A stretch of DNA of 64,000 bases from the human T2T-CHM13v2.0 reference genome, Homo sapiens: the NCBI RefSeq assembly GCF_009914755.1, contig NC_060947.1; one strand, written 5' to 3'. The stretch's first letter is position 1. Each line of letters starts with the position of its first letter. Below the pieces are notes generated by a model. It was not told where the DNA came from. It ran no database searches and saw nothing but the letters and a program-made list of their open reading frames with translations. The translations under genes and the position numbers were made by a program. Below are positions 43,991 through 60,559 of this stretch, one piece after another.

Positions 43991-45069
43991 GCACAGTGTA
44001 TGCGGCAGAAAGACATGATTTCCCAGGAGACAGAATTGGGCTGTGTTCCCTGTGTTCTCCAAGACATAATAACTGAGGAGTGTGGGGCGGAGTGCCGCTG
44101 TGGAAATACTACAGGGGTCAAAGCAGGTTGAACCCGGAGACAAAAATGCAGTTGCACGTGGCACTGCCTATTAACATACGTGCTCATGATTAAAGTAAAC
44201 ATGGGACAAAGTTCAATATGTCCTAGGGAACATGAGAAAAAAACATGCACCTTCTCAGGGAGCCACTGTCACCTTGGGTTCTCTGGAGCATTCTTTTTTT
44301 TTTTTTTTTTCATTTGCCCCACTCTTCCCTCCTGGTCAATTTTCCTCAAGCCTCTGGAAGGCATTTCTATTTGTACCGCTTCTTTGGCATGAGGAGAATG
44401 GCTTGGTGACCTGTGGATCTCTCCCTGACCCAGAGCCTCTGGACTCCTCTGAGGAGGATAATTATGTTTCAATGGGCAGGTGCTGAAGCAATGTTGGCAT
44501 GCCAAGATTGAATCAGCAAGAACAGCTATCAAGGATGGGACTGTGCAGGAAAAGCAGGATTTTTTTTTTATGGTTCTATGCACCTGCTAGCTGCCACTTA
44601 TTCACCTGCTCATTGGTGTGTTGGCTGGATTTTTTTTTTTTTTTAATGAGACTTTCCCTAGGTGTATTTGGCAAATGATGTGTTGAAGCTATTTATTCTC
44701 TGCCTCCCATGGACCCTCAGGCTCACCTCAAATCATCCAGGCCTTGGCTGTTTTCCCCTTATTTCTTATTTCTTGCCACCTGGTGTCCTGTCAGGCCAAT
44801 TTTTGGCTGCATTGGTTTTTGTCTGCTGAGTTGTGCTTGGCAGAATTACCTCTCCCAGAACAGCTATGCACTAGAGATAGTTACATGGCCATTTGGGCAA
44901 TGGGCTGTAGGGGCCATAGCTTGGTCCTGAGTGGAATGCACAGGCAGTGAGGGCACAAAGCTCAAGTGCTGCAGTGTATGGCTGGGACAGTCTTCGGCAT
45001 TGGCAGGCCTGCAAAAGTGGCCCCCCAACTCCATCCCCCATACCCTACACACAGGCTATGTCATGTACA

Positions 45070-45310
45070 GGTTGGGAATGTGGGTTCTGGTATCAGACTA
45101 TTTGACCTCAAATTCTAATTCTGCCTCTTATTAACTCAATGACCTTGAATGAGTCACTTGACATCCCCCAGCCTGAGTTTCCCTGTTGAAAATATGGAAG
45201 GAAAATATAAGAGTGACTACCCCCTAGACTGTTGTGGGCATTACACTGGATAATCCACGTAAAGCACTTGGCAGAGTGCCTGGCAAATAAGAAGTGCTCT
45301 ACAAATGTCA
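45070..45310 (+). mobile_element. MIR
   Basis: 'tgaccttgaatgagtcactt...cctgagtttccc...gtaaagcacttggcagagtgcctggca'. Confidence 0.75.
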
Positions 45311-46132
45311 ACCCTTATTTTAAAATTCATGGAAGTGTATTTAGACTTTGGGGATTTCATTTCTGCTTCAAATTTGTGCTTCCCCAGTTGGTTTTCTTGG
45401 CACAGGTCTCTGGGGAATGGAGCATTTTAGGCAGAGATATGGGAGAAGTGAGGCAAAACTACTGGAACCTACTCTGAGGCCTGAAGTAAAACCTTCCAAG
45501 CTGGAGGCGTAACGCTGGGGGATTAGGCTGCTTACAAGCTAGGAAATGATGGTCTCTGGGCTCTGCCAGAATCTCCTTTAGGCAGAGTACTCTGTTCTGC
45601 CTAAGGCCTCCCCTGGCTGTTAAAGCATCTGCTTAGACTGTATTTGTTTGTATAACTGCCAGATCCTGGGGCACTCAGATGCTTATGTTCATCTTGAAGC
45701 TGTTTTAGTATTTACTAGCTTAAAAAAAATCCTTGGAATTTAAATATGAAAACCAGCAGTAAAACAAGGGTAATGATCCAAAATCAGGCATGCAAAATCA
45801 GGAAGCATCAAACTTATAACTATGTACCAAAACAAATATTTATAAGTTAAGGTAGCAATAGAAAATGCTACAGAATGAGCCAATTAATGTTGCCATGGTT
45901 AACAAATTGTAATTTTGACATATCTCTAGGATAGCTTTATCAGTAATATCAGTATTATGCTTTTAAATGTTGAGTTTTATGGGTAATGGGTTAATGTATC
46001 ATTACTTCCTTTCTTGGGGTAAATCAGAAGCTCTCCCTTACTTTGGTCATTGTTTCGGAAAAACTTACTAAGAATGGATGTTATGAGTAGGATGAATAAA
46101 TTAATGCCTTTACAGTATAAAGCTTTACTTTT

Positions 46133-46435
<303 letters not shown>

Positions 46436-46497
46436 TTACTTTCAGTACTCAATGATCTATAAGTTTTTGGGATTCAAAGATCTTTTCTGGATCTCCT

Positions 46498-46800
46498 TAT
46501 TTATTTATTTTTGGTACAGGGTCTTGCTCTGTTGCCCAGGCTGAAGTGCAGTAGCAAGATCCTATGGTAACTCACTGCAACCTTGAACTCCTGGGCTCCA
46601 GTGATCCTCCTGCATCAACCATCTGAGTAGTGGGGACTGCAGGCTGTGTGCCACCATGCCTAGCTAATTTTCTAATTTTTTGTAGAGACAGGGTCTTGCT
46701 TTGTTTCCTGGGCTTGTCTTAAACTCCTGGCCTCAAGCAATCCTCCTGCCCTGGCCTTCCAAAGTGCTGAGATTTCAGGCATGAGCCACTGAGTCCAACC
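46498..46800 (-). mobile_element. AluJ
   Basis: Diverged J-type dimer. Confidence 0.93.
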
Positions 46801-47579
46801 CAGATCTCTTTCAGATACCTAAGAAACCCTAGAGAATGTTTTGCAATTTGCCAAGGAGTATGGAAAAAAAGAGCTCATCATTTTGGCACCTGCTTTAATG
46901 GCAGAGGTGACACTGATGAATCCCTAAGCTGCATAGGTCTTTGAGATGGAGGCAGGTTCTAAGGTAGAATGGCCTGATGAACAGTGAGCAGACCGTTGGT
47001 ATGCCAAACCTAGAGCCTTCTTAGGAAGTCCTGAGTGGCTCCAGATGGCTCCCAGGAGGTCATGTTATTTTCAGGATCTCAGATAATGCAATTACTATCA
47101 TTGGAAAGAAATGTTCAAGAATGTTAGACATCTAGAGATAATCAGAATTTATTGAAATGGATTTAGAAATTAAACAACATGTTCCTAGATGGTACATAAC
47201 AGAGAGGCCTTGGCCCTTGAATCTTATAGGCCTTGGGCCCACTGTTTATCCAACCTGCCCTCAGAAAGTAGGCTAAACTCAGGGAATATCCACCTCTATC
47301 ATCAGTCATTATGTCTGTGCTGATCTCCAGTGGTTGCTACATAGCCTTTAGCCAAGACCTGTTTAGAATCACCCCATTTACAAGAAGGTAATCTCAAGTT
47401 TTACTATCACTTTAACTCTAAATTTTGACCTTAGGGTTACCCCAGAAACTTCAGAGAAGCCACGAGTTTTAAATATCATCCGGTCTAAATCTTTTTATTT
47501 TATAGATGGAGAAATGCAGCAAAGAGGAGAGTGATTTGCTCACGGTCACATAGCTAGAACACAGAAGGGCCTTCACTAG

Positions 47580-47977
<398 letters not shown>

Positions 47978-48577
47978 GGAAAGCATGTTTTAATGGTTTT
48001 GAGGAATTATAGAGAGTACTAAACACATTTTAGGATGGAAATGAAGTCTAGAGTATTTTGATAAAGTCGCCACTTTGTTTTTCCACTAAGGATTTGCCTC
48101 TGCAACTCTCTCAAGGAGTTAAAATTCTCTACAGTTGTCAGTAATTGTGTGTGTGCATAAATAGGCAGTACAATTCAATAGAGGAGTTAAATATGTGATT
48201 AAGAGATATCTTGCAATCAGTGGGAAACTGTTGTAGCTTAGCACAAAGAAGGCCGTTTTTTGTTGTTGTTGGGAGAGACTTGTTTTCTTTTAGTCTTTTG
48301 ATGCTTTATTAATTGTGATAAGGATGGTTAAAAATGATATTTTCCTCATAGGAATAGCATAGTCTTAGAAAATTTCAGCTTGCTCAACACTCAAAGAGTT
48401 TAAGAATATTATGTATGACATTGAGATCCACATTTTGTTCTTATCCTAACCTTGACATGAGTTCTGAGTCTAGTAATTTCTTGTTCACTGTGATGTTACC
48501 AAAATATGACTCTAGAAAAATTTCAAAAACTATATGCCTTGTGAAAAAAAGGAAAGCTAATAGAAAGTAGGCCCTTA

Positions 48578-49018
<441 letters not shown>

Positions 49019-49891
49019 TTAATTTTCTTAAACATCATTTATTTATTCATTTTAATCCACAAATAAAAATTGTTTATATTTATCATGAACAACATGTTTT
49101 GAAATATGTATACATTGTGGAATGGCTAAATTGAGCTAATTAACATACGCATTACTTCACATACTTATCACTTTTTTGTCACTTAAAATCTTCTCTCTGA
49201 TCAATTTTCAAGTATACTATACATTGTTATTAACTATAGTCACCACATTGTACAAAAGATTTCTTGAACTATTTCTCCAATCTAACTGAAATTTTGTATC
49301 CTTTAACAAACATCTCTCCCACCTTCCACTCAAAGCTCTAGTAACCACTACTTTGATGAATTCAACTTTTTTAGATTCTACATATAGGTGAGATCACGCA
49401 GTATTTGTCTTTCTTTGCTTTACTTATGTCACTTAACACAGTGCCCTCCAGGTTCATCCATGTTGTTGCAAATGACAGAACTTTCTTTTTTTAAGGCTGA
49501 ATGGTACTCCATTTTGTATCTATACCACATTTTCTTTATCCATCTGTTGATAAACACTTAGGTTGATTTCATATTTTTACTATTGTGAATAGTGCTGCAA
49601 TAAACATGAGAATGCAGATATCTCGTTGACATACTGGTTTCATTTCCTTTGGATTTATACCCAGTAGTGGGATTGCTGGATCACATATAGTAGTTCTAGT
49701 TTTAGTTTTTTTGCAGAATTTTCATACTGTTCTCCATAATGGCTGTACTAATTTTCATTCCCATCAATAGTGTAGAAGGGTTTCCCTTGCTTCATATCCT
49801 TTCCAGCATTTATCTTTCATCTTTTTGATAAAAGTCATTTAACAGAATAGGTGAGATGATATCTCATTGTGGTTTTAATTTTCATTTCTCT

Positions 49892-52157
<2,266 letters not shown>

Positions 52158-52299
52158 AATTTTCATTTCTCTGGTGATTAGTGATGTTGAACATTTTTTC
52201 ATATACCTGTTGGGCATTTGTATGACTTCTTTTGAGAAATATCTCTTCAAATCCTTTTCCATTTTTTAATTGGGTTGTTTTCTTATTATTAATGCAGTT

Positions 52300-52366
52300 T
52301 CAGATCTAACAAGTTCCCAGGTGACGCTGATGCTGCTGGTCCAAAGACCACACTTTGAGAACCACT
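52300..52366. mobile_element. MER5A distal end (other parts near 48615-48656 and 48970-49003)
   Basis: 'taacaagttcccaggtgacgctgatgctgctggtccaaagaccacactttgagaaccact'. Confidence 0.75.
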
Positions 52367-52744
52367 AATGTAGTTCATTCAAAAAAAAAAAAAAAAGTAA
52401 AGAGTACTTACTATTTACAGAGTACCTTGAGAATCGCACTGTGCTGAGAGAGCTGATGGAGGTACATCGTCCAAAGTCAAAGCAACAGGATCCCTGTGTG
52501 CCATGAACACAGGCCCATGACCTAGACCATGAACTGAAGTAGTGAGTTATGAGCAGGGATCACATTTTGAGGACCTCTGGTATAGAGAGTGCAGAGGCAA
52601 AGTGTTCCTCAGACATAGGTAAGGGACCAGATGACTGCAATACAGTGTAATAATAAGGTGATGCTTTGGGTATATACTTTAGGCAGAGACTTTCATGCCA
52701 TCATACTTTCATGATATTATAAAGATAGTATGAAAGAAATAGCT

Positions 52745-52990
52745 AATATTTTGAGTACTTTCTTTTTATCATAGTATATATCTTGATAGTATGTTAAGTA
52801 TTTTACATGGATAAACCCATCCACTCCTCACAGCAATCCTGAGGTAGGCACTATTATTATCGTTATTTTACAGATGAAGAGACTGAGACCCAGAAAAGTT
52901 AAGTGACTTGTTCAGGGTCATATATCTAGTAAGTAGCAGAGGTAGGCTTAGAATTCAAATCCAGGTCTGTGCCCTTAGCCACTATACTAC
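52745..52990 (-). mobile_element. MIR
   Basis: 'attttacagatgaagagactgagacccagaaaagttaagtgacttg'. Confidence 0.85.
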
Positions 52991-53027
52991 ATTCTCAGAA
53001 GAAAAGTGTGATTAACTTTCATGGGTT

Positions 53028-53065
53028 GAGAGAGAGAGAGAGAGAGAGAAAGGGAGAGAGAGAGA
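53028..53065. repeat. (GA)n microsatellite
   Basis: Seen directly. Confidence 0.9.
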
Positions 53066-53429
53066 AAGGTGAGCAGGGAAGGGCTTCTAAAGATGACATC
53101 TAAGGTAGGTATTAATGAAAACATAGAAAATGGAAAACTGTGTTAGAGAAGGGAGAGGATCATTCCAGATATAGATGGCAATACACTGAATATGTGCTCT
53201 TCCATTTGGGTTAGCAAGTGGAGAAGATAAGGGTGGAGATAATAGGGAAGAAAAAAATAAAAATTTCAAAGTTCTAGTGCAGCCTGGCAGAAAGAGGAGT
53301 TCCTGGGTGCCAAAGAGAACAGCACGAAGGCACCTGGGCGGGAGGGTCAAGGCATTACAGAGACGGAAGGCAGTGGCAGATTTGAGGAGTCACCTGCATA
53401 ATCTCTGGAGATAGACAGTTAATTTGCAT

Positions 53430-53615
53430 GTCTGCCACTTACAAGCTATGGGGCTTCGGCCAATTTCTCCAAGCCCTTTGGGTGTTAATTTCTTCATCTG
53501 TAATTAGGTACTGATCACAGTACCTTCTTCGGAGAATTGTTGGGATGCTTAAGTGAGACAATACACATAAAAGAATATGAACAGTACCTGGCATATAGTA
53601 AATGCTTAATAAATT
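53430..53615 (+). mobile_element. MIR
   Basis: 'ctgccacttacaagct...cagtacctggcatatagtaaatgcttaataaa'. Confidence 0.8.
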
Positions 53616-53679
53616 ATATTTGTTTTACTTTTGCAAAATAGTAATTCCTAATTTAGCATATGCTAAACATCATAGGAGC

Positions 53680-53872
53680 CTGGTGACTCTCAAAGTGTGG
53701 TCACCCAGTAGCACTGGCATCATCTGGTAAGTTGTTAGAAATGCACATATGCACATTCTAGAGATCCACCTCAGTCCTGGTGAACCAATAAGCCTGGGAG
53801 TGGGACCCAGCAGTCTGTTTTAGCAAGCTCCTCCAGATTATCTGATGTGTGAGAAAGTTTGAGAACCATTAT
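53680..53872. mobile_element. MER5A inserted in a MIR (MIR continues 53875-54025, - strand)
   Basis: 'tctcaaagtgtggtc...gttagaaatgca...aagtttgagaacca'. Confidence 0.8.
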
Positions 53873-54720
53873 TCTAAGCATTTCACATGAATCAAATTCA
53901 TTTATTCCTCATAACAACCCCTTGTGAGTGAGGTACTATTATCATCTCTATTTTACAGATGAGGCACAGAAAGGTAAAGTCCAGGATCACCCAGCTAGTA
54001 ACTAGTGGAAACAGGATTTGTACCCCATTTAAATTTTTTTTTTAATTTCAAAAATCTTTTAGCACGAACCTTTCTGTGTTTCTTTTCACTTCCTTTTGGT
54101 TTCAGATCATATCATAGCCTTTTCCCTTCTATCCTGATGTTTTTGGTATCCTGCACGAAAAAGAACCAGCTATGGCTTTCTCTACACCCTTTTTGACCCA
54201 TTGCTCTCTAACACCCATAATGCTTTGCATGGGGCTGGTAATAGACGAAAAGTCAGGTATTGTTTAGGCCGCTCCACTTGAATGATTCTGTGTATTGCCT
54301 GCTGAGATGGAGAAGTCTGATGTAGAAAACACCATTGTCAGCAGTGTCAACTTAGATTAAAAAGGACAGTGACTGTTTGGGGAACCATTAGACAAATTGT
54401 TTTGACTCGCTCTAACAATTTAAATATCTTTCATTTTATTTTGCATATAAAAAGATTTGAATTTCATGACTTGACCACACCACCAAATCATCTCTGGGCA
54501 GAAAGTGCAATCCTGATTGACCTTAAGTGATCAGGCTTTTTTATCAATATGCTCCTAATCAGCAGGCATATTAAGGTCTGGATAGCATGAACTCTGCAGT
54601 CTGAAATTGAAATGGTGCCTAGTCTCTTTTCTTTAGTAGGCATACCTAACTTTCTTTATTTCTTAGCTACATTGATGGCATGTTTTCAGGAATGGCTGGT
54701 ATATCCTTAAAAAAACCCAG

Positions 54721-55087
<367 letters not shown>

Positions 55088-55509
55088 CTACTAAAATCTA
55101 GTTCTTCCTGAAGAATTAGAACAAATACTCCACTAACTTTGGCTCTTAAATACTCAGATTGTAACCATGCCTGATCTCTATACAAAGGGATAAGGATCTT
55201 ATTGCTTTGGAAGACCTAATAATATTCAGGGAATGGATATTTGGTAAGATTTCTTGCTGATTATGACCTTTTTGGAGGGAAATCTAAATGATATAGATGT
55301 ATAGGAAGGTATCTTATATTGTCATATGAAGCAAAAGAACTACAAGGAATGATGGGGATTATAATTACAAGAAAACAGTTCTCAAAAGGCCACGTTATAT
55401 TCTAAAATGTATTTTTACCTTAAAAATGTCAGAATATCCTATAAGCTCTCTCATGACCGATTTATTTTTAGACAGGGGTGTGGTAGTGATTAGGTCTTGT
55501 CATAAATAA

Positions 55510-56460
55510 TTTTTTTTTATTAAGGTGAAATTCATGTAACATAAAATTAATCATTTTAAAGTGAATATTTCAGTGTCATTTAGTACATTCCAATGCAACC
55601 ACGACCTCTATCTAGTTGTGAAATATTTTCATTACTCCCCAAAATAAATCTCATATTCATTAAGCAGTTCTTCCCCATTACCCCATCCCCCAACCCCTGA
55701 CAACACCAGTCTGTTTTCTATCGCTTATGGATTTACTTATTCTGGATATTTTACATAAATTGAGTAATACGATATGTGACCTTTTGTGTCTGGCTTCTTT
55801 TACTTAGTACATTTTCAGGGTTTAACGACATCATAGCATGTATCAGTACTTTATTCTTTTTATGGCTAAATAATATTCCATTGTATGTATATATCAGAAT
55901 TTGTTTATCCATTCTTCAGTTGATGGACACTTGGGTTGTTTTCACCTTTTGGCTATTGTGAATAACGCTGCTATAAATATGTGTGCATATGTGAGTATTT
56001 GTTTTCAATTATTTGGGGTATAAACCTAGAAGTGGAATTGTTGGGTCATGTGGTAATTCTATATTTAATTTATTGAGGAACCTCAGTAGCTGAACCATTT
56101 TACATTCTCACCAGTAATATATGAGGGTTCCAATTTATCCACATCCTTACCAACACTTGTTATTTTCCACTTTCGTTTTTGTTATTAAATTCTAGCCATC
56201 CTAGTGGGTGTGAAGTGGTATCTCATTGTGGTTTTGACTTGCATTTCCCTAAGGACTAATGATGTTGAGCATCTTTCATATGTTTATTGGACATTTTTAT
56301 ATCCTCTTTAAAGTAATATCTATTCAAATCATTTGCCCATTTTTAAGCTGGGTTGTTTGGTTTTTTTGTTGTTGAGTTTTAAGAGTTTTTTACATATTCT
56401 AGATACTAGATCTTTATCAGATATATGATTTGCAAATATTTTCTCTCATATAAATTGTCT
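55510..56460 (-). mobile_element. L1MB-like 3' end
   Basis: 'taaggtgaaattcatgtaacataaaattaa'; TSD-like ttgtcataaataatt. Confidence 0.9.
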
Positions 56461-56529
56461 TTTGTCATAAATAATTTGATTTTCTTCTCTTTGTCATAAA
56501 TAATTCGATTTTCCTCTTTTCAGTTACAT

Positions 56530-56840
56530 TATACAACTGCACTTCTCCGTCACCCCTGCATGAGAGAAGTAGGGACATGCATCACTTTTAGGCGGAAGCT
56601 CTGAAAACTAGCATGCTATTTGATTTAGGTGATCCCAAGTTAATTCCCCAGCCATGGGTAATACTCCAGATCATAGCTGCTCTGTCAGCTTGCATCTTAG
56701 AATGAGGATGTCATGTAGCAAAGTCTACCAGTTGACTCAAGATGAACATGTATCACAAAAAACAAACTTTTGTTGTTTTAAGCCATGGAGGTTTATTGTT
56801 GTTACTGCAATGCAATTTAGCTTTTCCTGCCTAATTCAAA
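56530..56840 (+). mobile_element. Old MaLR LTR fragment
   Basis: 'aaacttttgttgttttaagccatggagg...tgttactgca' MLT1-type end. Confidence 0.5.
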
Positions 56841-57039
56841 GGGTCAAGTAAATCACTAACACGATTATCATAGGGAGTAGTTACTGCATTGCACAGTGTT
56901 TCCTACAAATGAAATCATAGGGAAGGAAAGTTGTGAATTGCACACTAACTGGGCAAACTGCTTTTGTTCTTCCTCTTCTCCTGAGTTTTTATACAATAAC
57001 TGGTGTTAGTTTTTAGGAACCATAAATCTGATTAGGATA

Positions 57040-57368
57040 TGGGTTGAGCAACCTTTATTTAAAATGCTTGGGACCAGAAGTGTTTTAGATTTCAGATTTT
57101 TTTTGAATATTTGCATATGTGTAATGAAATGTCTTGGGGATGGGACCCAAGTCTAAATATGAAATTGATTTATGTTTCATATATACCTTATGTACATAGC
57201 TTGAAGGTAATTTTATAAAATATTTGAAATAATTTTGTGCATGAAACAAAGTTTGTGTCAGGTATTTATATGTGGAATTTTCCACTTGTGGCATCACATT
57301 GGCACTCAAAAAGTTTCAGATTGGAGCATTTCAGATTTCAGATTTTCAGATTAGGATTGCTCAACCTG
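57040..57368. mobile_element. Tigger4b/MER46-like DNA transposon
   Basis: TIRs ggttgagca / tgctcaacc flanked by TA; 'aaatgcttgggaccagaagtgtttt'. Confidence 0.88.
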
Positions 57369-57379
57369 TATTATCTTGC

Positions 57380-57975
57380 TCAAAGTCCTTTTGTGACTTC
57401 TAATTGCCCCAAAATCCTTAACATGGTTCAAAATCTTTAACACAATCAACAAAGCCCTTCATGACATCACCCTTGCCTACCTCTTCAGTATAATCTCATG
57501 TCATTCTTGCTTTCTGTTTCTTGGATTATTTTGGTAAATACATATTTTCCTAGAAAATCATCCATTCCATCTAAAATTCAGTTGTTTTCCACATTTGTTT
57601 CTACCTCAGGGGCTTTGCATTTGTTCCCTTTCCTAGGGATGTTCTTCACCACTACCCCCACCACCTCTCCACCTCCTTTGCTGCTGGGTCAACTTCACCC
57701 ATCTCATGAGTATTAGAATAATTTCTTAAGGAGGACTTGCTTGATTTGGCACTCTGGGTTAAATATTTTTTGTCTGTGTCCTCACAGCATTCTAGTCCTT
57801 TGGCTGGCCCATCACTTGTATGATAATTATAATTGCAATGAATCTGATTACTTCTATATCTTACTCTAATAGAATATAAACTCCTTGAGGGCAGAGACCT
57901 TGCTTATATTATTCAATGTTGTATTTCTAGTGCTTTGAATCATGTCTGGTGTGTGGTAGGAAGGAAGAATGATTG
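57380..57975 (+). mobile_element. L2 3' region
   Basis: 'cctcaggggctttgca', 'tagaatataaactccttgagggcagagacc'. Confidence 0.7.
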
Positions 57976-59177
57976 AATTCATTTTTCAGCCATCTTTTAC
58001 AAAATCAAGGTAGAGCTAGGGCTCAGTATTCAATCATATATTTGACATCATGCTAGCTTTACTACCTTTCATGAACCAGTCTTGTAGTCTGGAATCACAA
58101 TTCACCTTCTGTTGTAAGCATTTTGAATTTATGAAAAGGCTGCATCTTTCTGATATTGATAGACTCTAAGTTTTTTTAAAGTCTCATTTTCAAGAAATAG
58201 AGTTCAGAGTTGCCTTATTAGTCTGGGGCAGCTCAAGCATGCTTAAATCTCTGAGCCTCTTATGAAAGTGGCTATGATTACAGATCAAGGATGTAGTCTA
58301 CTTTAATAGTCCTGATGTGTACTTTTAACAACAAAGATGCTGTTCTAGTTTCAGTTATTTGGGGTTTATTATCATTTTACTTTCATCTTTTATATATGAG
58401 GACAAATAAATTATAAGAAGTAGAAAATATTCTGATTTTTCCCCCTTAAAGAATTAAGCAGAACATTCAATTCTATTCTATTGCCCAGCTAGACTGTATT
58501 ACTTTTATTCTACATTCACAAGCATTTATTGAGGAGCTGAGCACTTAGTCTTCTTCTGGGTGGGGCACACAAAGTAGAATAAGATATGGTCCCTGTCTTC
58601 AACAAATTCATTATTTGGGAAAAGAAATCAGGTGCAACTTCCTAAGTAAATACTTTCATACTTTATATCTACATAACACTCTTACCCATCAATATAGATT
58701 AAAAAATCTGCTGTTATTACAATATGGTCCAGTAATGTGATTGATGGATATGCATTTAAAAGATGTTCAGTTTATTTAACTACAACAGATATAGAAACCC
58801 ATCCATTCAGAGACTACTGCATAAAGCTGAAGATAAAGCTGCGTGAACCTGAATGGATGTATTGACTTCTCAGGTCTCCCAGAGTTTTCCATAGTGACTT
58901 ACAACTGCTGATGACACATGGTATGAGGAGTCTGCCAAGTGTAAGCCACTCTTCTTTGTTAATCTCATGGGTGGTTTCCATGTATTCTTGTCCCATTCAT
59001 TCTCTCTTCCACCAGCTGTTAGAGACTATAGCTACTTGTCTTCATGCTCACCAAGTACAAGTAAGTGGGGCAAAAAATCTCATTACATTCTGATTGTTTA
59101 CAGTAAGGGCAGGAAATTCCAGGTCAATTTCCTAAGTGTAGTAACTCTCAGCAAGACAGGGCCTCTGTGTTGTCTAA

Positions 59178-59343
59178 GTCAGAGGATGACATTTTCTTTT
59201 AAATGAAGGGAAACAGTAAATATTTTCAGATTTGTAGGCCATATATAAATGAATGAGTGCATTTATTCACAAATGAAACTTGATTTACAAAATGGGGCAG
59301 TTGGCTGGATTTGGCCTATTAGCCACAGTTTTTCCATTCCTGG
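59178..59343 (+). mobile_element. MER58A-like MITE
   Basis: 'gtaaatattttcagatttgtaggcc...ggctggatttggcc'. Confidence 0.7.
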
Positions 59344-59674
59344 GCCCAGTCAGTGGGGCATCATTCAATAGCAGTATGCAACCTGTGAGGCTCTATAGAA
59401 CAGTCCTGCTTCAAGCCTGAGGTATGTTCTAGGAAAAATGATTTTAAAAACTGTTGAGTTATCCTCATCCCTTCCACAAAATTGCATTGAATCTACAAAA
59501 TCTATATAGATGCAACATTTCTAATGCCACTTATATAGATCAGGAAATTATGTTTAAGATGAGAGGTGAAAGATAAACAAAATTAAGTGAGGTAAAGAGG
59601 TAGGCAAAGAGTATTCCAGGCAGAGGAAATAGTACGTGCAAAGATCAAGATTTGAGAAAGGAGGTAGCATCCAT

Positions 59675-60187
59675 GGTAGGCATTGTTGCCTCCTGAACAT
59701 CCATATGCCCTTTGTTATTTTTAATGGGATTTCAATTTTATTAAGATATCCAATCCTATCTCTGGATGTAAAGGGGAATACTGATAGTTTAGACTAATAA
59801 ATGTGCAGCATTCTCTTGGTGACTGTTATTTGTCCAGCAGTTGGCACCTGACCTAAGTTAGCCTAATAAAACATAGAACAAAGTACCTAGTCCATGTTTC
59901 AAGGAGAAGAGATTTTCCCCTCTCTGTCCTCCTGGATATGATCAAAAAAAGCTTGAATCCCTTATTTCCATTGCCAATCATCTTGCTACATAGAGGCTAA
60001 CCAGCTTTAACATGCAACCAAACTGTGGAGAGCTTAGCACAAAGCTGAAGGGAACTGATTTCTATCATACCTAGAGCCTGCCATGCTATTGAACCTTCAG
60101 TTTTGAGTTAATAAATTTCCTTTTTATTTGAACTAATTTGAGGGAGGTTTGCCTGTTACCTACAGTCATAAATATCTTAAGTGATAG
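59675..60187 (+). mobile_element. Old MaLR LTR (MLT1K/L-like)
   Basis: 'aataaatttcctttttatttgaactaatttgaggg...tgttacctacagtc...gtgata' end. Confidence 0.5.
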
Positions 60188-60559
60188 CATATTTGATAAG
60201 GTGAAAGAAATTCTACCGAGATCTATAACTATATGTAACAAAACTATTGAGTGGAACAAGGTGAGGCTGGAGAGGTATGCAGAGGCAAAGTCTTGTAGGC
60301 CTTGTTTCTCCTGGCAACGTACACTAGTTTCAGGGCATCCATACAGAAAGAGTCCTTCTCCCAAACAGGCAGACAGCAAAAGATAAAAAGAGAAGGCATG
60401 CTTATGATACTTAGAACTTTATTTGTATAAACACCATAGCTCAGTCCGTTTAAGCCCTATATATTTATCACTGCTTATTCTTGTGGTTTAACTAGTTCCA
60501 TTTTATCTACATCGATTTCACATCAGAGATGTTAGGGCCAAGCAAATGTTTTTGAATAC

